DNA from: a bacterium
Lineage (GTDB): Bacteria; Spirochaetota; Spirochaetia; Sphaerochaetales; Sphaerochaetaceae
Length of the DNA stretch: 64,000 nt
Assembly (NCBI GenBank): GCA_963640795.1
Contig: CAVIAZ010000001.1
Coordinates: forward strand, 1,282-65,281
Direction of reading: 5' to 3'
Each line of letters begins with the position of its first letter. Within the stretch, counting starts at the first letter, position 1. Position numbers and translations under genes: made by a program. Under the pieces are notes generated by a model. It saw nothing but the letters and a program-made list of their open reading frames with translations. It made no database searches and was not told where the DNA came from. Positions 57,227 through 64,000 of the stretch are shown here, piece after piece.

Positions 57227-58055
57227 TACCTTCAGGATTCTCCTCAGCGACAAAAGGGAGGATATTACATCCTTTTCTTCTCTCGGGGAGTACAAACGGG
57301 AATATAAAGGCGAGAAGGTCGGACATGCCGGGACACTGGATAAGTTTGCTTCCGGTCTGATGATTGTGATGGTGGGTGGAGCGACAAAGCTCAACCCCAT
57401 CTTTAATGCTTTTTCAAAAAGATATACAGCAACGATTAAGTTCGGCGTCGGGACAGACACCCTTGACAGGGAAGGTGTGGTAACAGAAACTTCCTCCCGT
57501 ATCCCGACAAGGGAGGAGATAGAATCTGTACTCCCTTCGTTTCTTGGAAAACAGAAACAGGTTCCCCCTGTCTACTCCGCTATCCATGTGGGAGGAAAAA
57601 GGGCCTATATGGAGGCAAGAAAAAACAGGGAAGTGGAAATGCCCGAGAGAGAAATCGAGATTACTGATCTTTCACTTCTTTCCTGTGACGGGGATACTGC
57701 CGTAATTGACTGCAGTGTTAGTAAAGGCACATATATCCGCTCCCTTGCCCGTGATATCGCCCGTTCTCTCGGAACATGCGGACACCTCATTGCTTTGAGG
57801 AGGACAGAAGTCGGACCATTTACACTTAGTGACCTTTCTCTCAGTACAGAAGAGCTTATTGAGAAAACAGGACTCTTCGGGAGTATTCACTTCACCTCGG
57901 AACACCTAAAAGAGATAGAGAACGGGACTATAAAGAGGGAGTGGATCGGGAAAAATACCAATCCTGGACGTCCGTTTGCATACATATACATCGATAATGT
58001 TCTCTATGGGTATGCAGAAAACTCGGAGAAGATTAAGGTGATGGCCAGGGTATGA
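57219..58055 (+). CDS. truB: tRNA pseudouridine-55 synthase TruB
   Basis: GHAGTLDKFASGLM (catalytic Asp motif, with K in place of the usual P) and YSAIHVGGKRAY. The ATG at 57219 overlaps the rbfA stop (ATGAGTAG). The track start is 57198. Confidence 0.88.
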   Translation: MSSTFRILLSDKREDITSFSSLGEYKREYKGEKVGHAGTLDKFASGLMIVMVGGATKLNPIFNAFSKRYTATIKFGVGTDTLDREGVVTETSSRIPTREEIESVLPSFLGKQKQVPPVYSAIHVGGKRAYMEARKNREVEMPEREIEITDLSLLSCDGDTAVIDCSVSKGTYIRSLARDIARSLGTCGHLIALRRTEVGPFTLSDLSLSTEELIEKTGLFGSIHFTSEHLKEIENGTIKREWIGKNTNPGRPFAYIYIDNVLYGYAENSEKIKVMARV

Positions 58056-58873
58056 ATATTCTCTCCTTCTCAGAATTAGTTCAGAAGAAGCCGTTCCTTG
58101 GAAGGGACGCAATTCTTACTGTCGGTGTCTTTGACGGTTTTCATAAAGGTCACCAGTCCCTTGTGAAAGAGATGGTGAGACTCGGCGGAAAATACAGGAA
58201 TGCAGAGAAAATTCTCATCACATTCAACGTTAATCCCAAGACAAAAACACCAAAGAATGTCGACACATTACGGCTGAGGGAGGAAAATGCAGAGAAAGCG
58301 GGGGTTAATTCTTTTGTAATCATTGACTTTTCCCTCGATTTCAGTAAAATCTCTGCTTGTGGATTTATAGAAATGCTTTGCGCTTGTATGAATCCCGTGG
58401 CAATAGTGGTCGGAGAGGATTTCCGGTTCGGCAATCCATCTGAAAGTGCTAGCGCTACCGAACTGAAGGGCCTTTTCCTTAAGTATGGATTCGGTACCGA
58501 GGTTCATATAGAGAAATCAATTCTTACTGAGGGTGGAGAGAAAATCTCGTCAACTCTTGTAAGAAGGGTGATAGAGAATGGTGAGGTTGAATGTATTTCA
58601 TCCCTTACCGGCCGGGACTACAGGGTCGACCTGATGCCTATACCTAACAGGATTGAGTCTGGAGAACTGGTTATTAGCAAATCTTCTATCCAACAGCTTC
58701 TGCCGCCACCAGGAGTTTATTGGGCCAGATTAGCTTTTAGAGACGGCAGGACAGCCGGATGCAGGGTTTACCTTGACAGAGAGAATTTTGTCCTCGCTGA
58801 CTTTGACAGCCCGGTTAAGGGAGAGGAGCTGGAATCAATCTATTTTTTGGAGAAAGAAAATGATAACAGGTGA
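58052..58873 (+). CDS. ribF: RibF-like FAD synthetase with short, divergent C-terminal riboflavin-kinase-like domain
   Basis: The N-terminal nucleotidyltransferase motifs [14 protein letters not shown] and SSTLVR are present. The C-terminal roughly 90 aa keep only PPPGVY and lack a recognisable GFPTAN-type loop. Confidence 0.75.
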   Translation: MNILSFSELVQKKPFLGRDAILTVGVFDGFHKGHQSLVKEMVRLGGKYRNAEKILITFNVNPKTKTPKNVDTLRLREENAEKAGVNSFVIIDFSLDFSKISACGFIEMLCACMNPVAIVVGEDFRFGNPSESASATELKGLFLKYGFGTEVHIEKSILTEGGEKISSTLVRRVIENGEVECISSLTGRDYRVDLMPIPNRIESGELVISKSSIQQLLPPPGVYWARLAFRDGRTAGCRVYLDRENFVLADFDSPVKGEELESIYFLEKENDNR

Positions 58874-59126
58874 ACAGAAGAAAGAAATCATCGAGAAGTT
58901 CGGCGGCAACACAGCAAACACAGGAGACGCAAAAGTACAGGTAGCTCTCCTCACAGCAAGAATCAACGACCTGCAGGGTCACTTCAAGGCTAACCCCAAG
59001 GACCATGCATCCCGCAGAGGACTCCTGATGCTTGTCGGGCAGAGAAGAAGGCTTCTTGCTTACATCAAGAACAGGAACATCGATGAATACAGAACTCTGA
59101 TTGCAGAACTTGGAATCAGAAAGTAA
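58860..59126 (+). CDS. rpsO: 30S ribosomal protein S15
   Basis: 89 aa with [45 protein letters not shown]. Starts at the internal ATG at 58860 of the track ORF. Overlaps the ribF 3' end by 14 nt. Confidence 0.95.
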   Translation: MITGEQKKEIIEKFGGNTANTGDAKVQVALLTARINDLQGHFKANPKDHASRRGLLMLVGQRRRLLAYIKNRNIDEYRTLIAELGIRK

Positions 59127-59132
59127 ATATCA

Positions 59133-59152
59133 AGCCAGAGTCATCTCTGGCT
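59133..59152 (+). promoter_or_regulatory. stable hairpin in the rpsO-pnp intergenic region (attenuator or RNase processing site candidate)
   Basis: Perfect 8-bp stem AGCCAGAG / CTCTGGCT with a 4-nt loop. Only a weak T tail follows (TTCC). Confidence 0.5.
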
Positions 59153-59201
59153 TTCCATATTATTAAAAAGAACAATAAAAGAAAGAAAGAAGGGTTTTTT
59201 A

Positions 59202-61442
59202 ATGTCTAATTTAACAACAGTAAGTGTTAATGTCGGTGGCATCGATCTCGTCTTCGAGACCGGTAAAATCGGAAAGCAGGCAAACGGATGTGTATTCGCC
59301 CGTTATGCAGGAAGCGTTGTAATCGCAACTGTCTGTTGCGGTGAGGCACCAAGTGAGCCGATTGACTATGTGCCGGTATCAGTTGAATACAACGAAAAAT
59401 ACTATGCAGCAGGAAAGATTCCCGGAGGCTTTTTGAAGAGGGAAAGCAAGCCGAAGGATAAAGAAATTCTCGTGTCACGTCTTATCGACAGACCTATGAG
59501 ACCTCTCTTCGACAAGGCATTCGGAAGGGAAATCCAGATTGTCCCGACAGTCGTTTCCTCTGACATGACCCATACTCCGGATGTTGTTGCCATTAACGCA
59601 GCATCCTGTGCAGTCACAATCTCAGATATCCCGTTCTACGGACCTATTGCAGCCGTAAGAGTTGCAAAAATCGGTGATGAGTTTGTCGTAAACCCGACAT
59701 TCCAGCAGATTCCCCAGTCGTCACTCGACATCGTTGTTGCAGGAACACATGATGGAATCACAATGGTTGAAGGCGGTGCACATGAAGTCAGCGAAGACGA
59801 CATGCTTAATGCAATTGCAACAGCACAGCCTGTCATCAGGGAAATCTGTGAGGCCCAGACAAAGATGCGTGAGCTTTGCGGAAAAGAGAAACTTCCTCTC
59901 ATGGAGATAAAGGAAGAAGATCTTTCATGGCTCGAACCTGTAAAGGAATATGCTTATCCGCTTGAGAAGGAAGCAAGCTTTGTCAAGGGAAAGATGAACA
60001 GGGGTAATGCACTCAGTAAGGTCCACAGCGATGTCAAGGAGAAGTTCGCATCCCTCATTGCCGAGGATGAGGCAAGGGAAGGCCAGATTGACAAGATGTT
60101 CGATGACATGGAATACAACATCCTCAGAGCATCCATTCTCGACGACGGAGTCAGAACAGACGGAAGAAAGGTCACTGAAATCAGACCGATTACATGTGAA
60201 GTCGGAGTTCTCCCGTGCACACACGGTTCAGCTCTCTTTACACGTGGTGAAACACAGTCCCTTGCTGTCACAACACTCGGAACAGTAAATGACGAGCAGC
60301 TCTTCGACAACATCGATGGAGAGAAGACATACTCGAACTTCATGCTCCACTATAATTTCCCTCCATACTCAGTCGGTGAATGCGGAAGACTTACAACAGG
60401 AAGAAGGGAAATCGGACACGGACATCTTGCACAGAGAGCTCTCGAAGCAGTAGTACCAAAGAAGGATGTCTTCCCGTACACAGTCAGAGTAGTTTCTGAA
60501 ATCATGGAATCAAACGGATCATCATCAATGGCCAGTGTATGTGGCGGATGCTTGTCCCTCATGGATGCCGGAGTACCTATCTCCAAGCCGGTTGCCGGTA
60601 TTGCAATGGGTCTTATAACAGAGGGTGCTGACTACTCAAGATATGTCATCCTCAGCGATATCCTCGGAGAAGAGGACCACCTTGGTGATATGGACTTCAA
60701 GGTTGCAGGTACAAAGGACGGAATCACAGCTTTCCAGATGGATATCAAGATTGCAGGTGTTACACCGGAAATCATGAGAAAGGCTCTCAACCAGGCCAAG
60801 GAAGGAAGAATGCATATCCTTTCAATCATGGCTGAGACACTCCCCGGACCGAGAAGCGAAATCAGCGAACTTGCTCCTAAGATTCTTACAGTCAAGGTTC
60901 CTGAGGATAAGATTGGTGCTGTCATCGGAACAGGTGGAAAGACAATCAGAACCGTTGCAGAGCAGAGTGGTGCAGAGATTAATATCGATGATGACGGAAC
61001 CGTCATGATTTACGGTAAGAACAATGCATGTGCACAGGAAGCAAAGAGACTTGTGCTTGCCATCGTTGAAGAGCCTGAAGAAGGTAAGATTTATCATGGA
61101 AAAGTCCAGAGAATAGTCGACTTCGGTGCATTCATTGAGATTCTTCCCGGTAAAGAGGGACTCTGCCATATCTCAAAGCTTGCCAAGGGTAGAATCAAGA
61201 ATGTCTCTGATGTTCTCAAGGTCGGTCAGGAAGTCGATGTGAAGCTCATTGAAATCGACAGGATGGGAAGACTCAACCTCTCTTATATCGATGCTCAGCC
61301 GGATGCTGAAGGCGATGAGAATGCGGATGAGAAATCCGGCTCAGACCAGGAAAGAGGTGAGAGGAGAAGAAGGGATAACAACTCCCGCCGTCCTTTCAAC
61401 AGAGACAGAGACCACAGGAAATACGACAAAAAGGATAACTGA
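59202..61442 (+). CDS. pnp: polyribonucleotide nucleotidyltransferase (PNPase) with charged C-terminal tail
   Basis: Two RNase PH domains (ETGKIGKQANG; RTDGRKVTEIRPI; GSSSMASVCGG), a KH domain (GAVIGTGGKTIR) and an S1 domain (GKVQRIVDFGAFIEI), followed by an acidic/basic tail of about 50 aa. Confidence 0.97.
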   Translation: MSNLTTVSVNVGGIDLVFETGKIGKQANGCVFARYAGSVVIATVCCGEAPSEPIDYVPVSVEYNEKYYAAGKIPGGFLKRESKPKDKEILVSRLIDRPMRPLFDKAFGREIQIVPTVVSSDMTHTPDVVAINAASCAVTISDIPFYGPIAAVRVAKIGDEFVVNPTFQQIPQSSLDIVVAGTHDGITMVEGGAHEVSEDDMLNAIATAQPVIREICEAQTKMRELCGKEKLPLMEIKEEDLSWLEPVKEYAYPLEKEASFVKGKMNRGNALSKVHSDVKEKFASLIAEDEAREGQIDKMFDDMEYNILRASILDDGVRTDGRKVTEIRPITCEVGVLPCTHGSALFTRGETQSLAVTTLGTVNDEQLFDNIDGEKTYSNFMLHYNFPPYSVGECGRLTTGRREIGHGHLAQRALEAVVPKKDVFPYTVRVVSEIMESNGSSSMASVCGGCLSLMDAGVPISKPVAGIAMGLITEGADYSRYVILSDILGEEDHLGDMDFKVAGTKDGITAFQMDIKIAGVTPEIMRKALNQAKEGRMHILSIMAETLPGPRSEISELAPKILTVKVPEDKIGAVIGTGGKTIRTVAEQSGAEINIDDDGTVMIYGKNNACAQEAKRLVLAIVEEPEEGKIYHGKVQRIVDFGAFIEILPGKEGLCHISKLAKGRIKNVSDVLKVGQEVDVKLIEIDRMGRLNLSYIDAQPDAEGDENADEKSGSDQERGERRRRDNNSRRPFNRDRDHRKYDKKDN

Positions 61443-61882
61443 TGAGTCTTACTGTCCGTTTCAGAAAAAAAGATAATACTGTGAGCCTGCCCTCCTATGA
61501 GACCGCAGGCTCTGCAGGTGCTGACATAAGGGCACATTTATCTGCTTCTCTGACAATCAATAAAGGCGAACACAGACTGGTTCCTACGGGGTTGTATCCT
61601 GAGATTCCCTCAGGCTATGAAATACAGGTAAGACCCCGTAGCGGACTTGCACTTAAAAAGGGGATTACGGTCCTCAATACTCCCGGGACAGTTGACTCTG
61701 ACTACAGGGGGGAGATCATGGTCAACATCATAAATCTCGGAGATGAGCCGTTCACTGTCTCTGACGGGGACAGGATAGCTCAGATAATTGTCTCTCCGGT
61801 TCTTCAGGCTGAATTCATTACAGCAGACAGCCTTTCTGAAACGGAGCGTGGGGAAGGTGGCTTCGGGTCCACAGGAGTATAA
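61442..61882 (+). CDS. dut: dUTP diphosphatase
   Basis: 146 aa with SAGADI, RSGLALKKGI, GTVDSDYRGEI and GDRIAQ motifs. The ATG overlaps the pnp stop (TGATG). Confidence 0.93.
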   Translation: MSLTVRFRKKDNTVSLPSYETAGSAGADIRAHLSASLTINKGEHRLVPTGLYPEIPSGYEIQVRPRSGLALKKGITVLNTPGTVDSDYRGEIMVNIINLGDEPFTVSDGDRIAQIIVSPVLQAEFITADSLSETERGEGGFGSTGV

Positions 61883-61884
61883 TA

Positions 61885-63159
61885 TTGGCATTGAACAGCA
61901 GTTCTTTCCTTCTCTCAAAATATGTAACAAAGGAATTTCTGAAGAACTTCATGGTTTCATTCATGTTTTTCTTCGTCATCTTCTTTGTGAACTCAATTCT
62001 CCTGCTTGTACAGAAAATTCTTCTTAAGAACATATCACTGGGTGTGATGATCCAGATGGTACTGTTATATATGCCCCAGTTTCTCGTCTATACATTTCCC
62101 TTTGCAACCCTGACTGCCTCAAGCATGGTTCTCGGGGATATGTCATCATCAAATGAACTCCTGGCGATGAGGAGCCTGGGCCTGCCAAGGATCAGGATAT
62201 ATCTTCCCCTGATAATCATTTCCCTTGTACTCTCACTCTGCACTTTCCTTATTTCCGATGTTCTCCAGCCTTACACGAGTGTCATTTACCGTGATAAGCT
62301 TTCCGTCCTGATGGCTGAAATGCCTACAATGGAGATAGAGAGCAACGGCACAAACAGCATCGGCAATATCGTGCTTTCCAATGGAAAGGCAGACGGCAAC
62401 ACAATTGAAGACATCGTGCTCATCACAAAGGACGATGCAGATTACAACAAGACAGTCATAAGCGGGAAAGGTACACTTGAAATCATTGATCCATATAACT
62501 TTGTCTACTCGCTGAAGCTCGATAATCCCGAACTTCTCATAAACGATACATCAAACAGCAATAACTATTCATACGCAAAGAGTGAGAATGCAACATTCTA
62601 TCTCGATTTCTCCTCCCAGATTCCGTCGCTTACCAGCACGAGCCCGGTCAATCTCTCGTCAGCAGATCTTATGGCATCAATCAGGGAGAGGAACATTAAA
62701 GAGGATTCTGACAGGGAAGATTACCGTGACAGCATTGAGATTGACCTTCTCTCAATCAGTGATATTCTCAAAAAGACAGAGGGAACACTCGACAATATAA
62801 ATACAGAAGAAATAGCAAGATATTTCAGAAATATAGTTTCTCTCGGCTCACTTCCCGTAAACTTCTACGGTCAGTACTACAAGAGCGAGCTGACAAAGAA
62901 ATATGCACTGTCTCTCGCATGTTTTGTCTTTACACTTCTGACGCTCCCTCTATCAACAGTCAGAGTCAAGCATGGAAAGCTCACAGGCTTTGCAATTGCT
63001 ATCCTCATAGCTGTCGTCTACTGGTACATGCTCTTTGCTGTCCAGCTTCTCATATTTGATGTAACATTCGATCCGGCAATACTTATTCTCGCCCCCGATA
63101 TCGTAATAGCACTTGTTGCTTTCATACTTATCTACAGAAACAGGAAGGGAAGAAGTTGA
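61885..63159 (+). CDS. LptF/LptG-family (YjgP/YjgQ) LPS export permease
   Basis: 424 aa. An N-terminal LSKYVTKEFLKNF-type start, 3 TM helices, a large periplasmic insert, then 3 TM helices. Paired with a second family member downstream. Confidence 0.75.
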   Translation: MALNSSSFLLSKYVTKEFLKNFMVSFMFFFVIFFVNSILLLVQKILLKNISLGVMIQMVLLYMPQFLVYTFPFATLTASSMVLGDMSSSNELLAMRSLGLPRIRIYLPLIIISLVLSLCTFLISDVLQPYTSVIYRDKLSVLMAEMPTMEIESNGTNSIGNIVLSNGKADGNTIEDIVLITKDDADYNKTVISGKGTLEIIDPYNFVYSLKLDNPELLINDTSNSNNYSYAKSENATFYLDFSSQIPSLTSTSPVNLSSADLMASIRERNIKEDSDREDYRDSIEIDLLSISDILKKTEGTLDNINTEEIARYFRNIVSLGSLPVNFYGQYYKSELTKKYALSLACFVFTLLTLPLSTVRVKHGKLTGFAIAILIAVVYWYMLFAVQLLIFDVTFDPAILILAPDIVIALVAFILIYRNRKGRS

Positions 63160-64000
63160 AGACCTTAGACAGATATATAATTTTCTCTATATTAAAGACA
63201 GCATTTGTCGCAACACTTGTTTTCTCCTTCATCCTTGTCGGAGTTGAGCTCTTTCAGAAGATGGATTCAATACTCACAGGAGGAGTCCCATTCCTCTCTG
63301 TGGCATTCTATGCTTTTCTGTGTCTTCCGGAATACTTCATCATGGTGTTCTCAATTTCACTCCTCTTTGCCAACACTTACTTCCAGTCCTCCCTCAGTGC
63401 CAACAATGAGCGTATAGCACTTCTCAATGCCGGGATAAACAAGTGGAGGATCCTCAGGCCCATTCTCTTTCTTGCAATAGTCCTTACTTTGATTACCTTC
63501 TGCGTGAATGAATCTTCTTTCAAGGAACTTGAGACAGTCCGGACAAGAACCAGTGAGGAGCTCTTCGGCTCATCATCAACCCAGGACACAAGAAATATTG
63601 TCATAAGGGAAGACGGTGGCTACATAGTCTACACAAGCAGGTTCATTGAAAGTGAGAACCGCCTGGTCTCTCCTGTGATTGTGAGGGAAAGAGACGGGGA
63701 ATTCTATTCCCGTATAACAGCGGAAAGCGGTGTTTATTCAGACGGGTGCTGGACACTGGAGAATGTAACAGTCTATTCAAAAGATGAAGAGGGCAGCGTC
63801 AGAACAGAAAAAATATCTTCCCTCAAATTGGAAGACCTCAACATAGAGCCTGATTACTTCAAGGCAACAAACATCAATATTGAGACAATGAGTATAAAGA
63901 GGGCTTTTGAGTACCTCGGGACACTTAAGGTGCAGCAGAAGGATACATGGCAGGAGAAGTGCACGGACTACCTGAGAGTACTCTTCAAGCCGATATCGAT
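63156..64000 (+). CDS. second LptF/LptG-family permease, 3'-truncated by the window end
   Basis: The frame is open from TTG 63156 (overlapping the upstream TGA) to position 64000: (M)KTLDRYIIFSILKTAFVATLVF..., 3 TM helices, then a periplasmic beta-jellyroll-like region. Absent from the ORF track because no stop codon falls inside the window. Confidence 0.7.
   Translation, partial: MKTLDRYIIFSILKTAFVATLVFSFILVGVELFQKMDSILTGGVPFLSVAFYAFLCLPEYFIMVFSISLLFANTYFQSSLSANNERIALLNAGINKWRILRPILFLAIVLTLITFCVNESSFKELETVRTRTSEELFGSSSTQDTRNIVIREDGGYIVYTSRFIESENRLVSPVIVRERDGEFYSRITAESGVYSDGCWTLENVTVYSKDEEGSVRTEKISSLKLEDLNIEPDYFKATNINIETMSIKRAFEYLGTLKVQQKDTWQEKCTDYLRVLFKPIS

Overview
This window is a dense, almost entirely plus-strand run of core housekeeping genes (about 49 of 56), at roughly 45% GC by eye. 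It looks like a Treponema-like spirochaete. The signs are a 7-gene V/A-type ATPase operon with a small uncharacterised gene between E and A, uvrA followed directly by an LptD-like outer-membrane protein, a tamB-bamA pair, and a phoH / 7TM-HD / ybeY cluster.

Gene order:
- V-ATPase (atpE, DUF2764-like, A, B, D, I, K)
- small ORF, ispG, uvrA, lptD-like, phoH, 7TM-HD, ybeY
- gap, fused pgk-tpiA, secG
- flavodoxin-like ORF, SurA/parvulin-like PPIase, nusB, map, a phosphoribosyltransferase
- minus-strand lipoprotein and small beta-barrel OMP
- folD, miaB, Sir2/cobB
- tmRNA (ssrA)
- minus-strand 494-aa beta-barrel protein, metallophosphoesterase, minus-strand smpB and a membrane-anchored FGE-domain protein
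- lepB, hemW, yebC, ruvC, ruvA, ruvB, queA, minus-strand tmk
- tamB, bamA, mutS, YhhN
- rimP, nusA, infB, rbfA, truB, ribF, rpsO, pnp, dut, and two LptF/G-family permeases (the last truncated by the window end)

I found no CRISPR array, transposase, integrase, phage genes, toxin-antitoxin pair or recognisable defence genes. I cannot point to a convincing novel multi-gene system here.

The most interesting sequence-level observation is a run of nine A residues exactly at the PGK|TIM fusion junction. Stop codons follow closely in both alternative frames, an arrangement that could yield free PGK as well as the PGK-TIM fusion. The remaining findings are modest:
- a possibly leaderless small ORF coupled to ispG
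- an unusually long, acidic tmRNA tag
- domain oddities in the LptD-like protein, NusA, RibF and PNPase
- three uncharacterised envelope proteins
- short motifs shared between intergenic regions

All family calls come from motif recognition by eye, not database searches.
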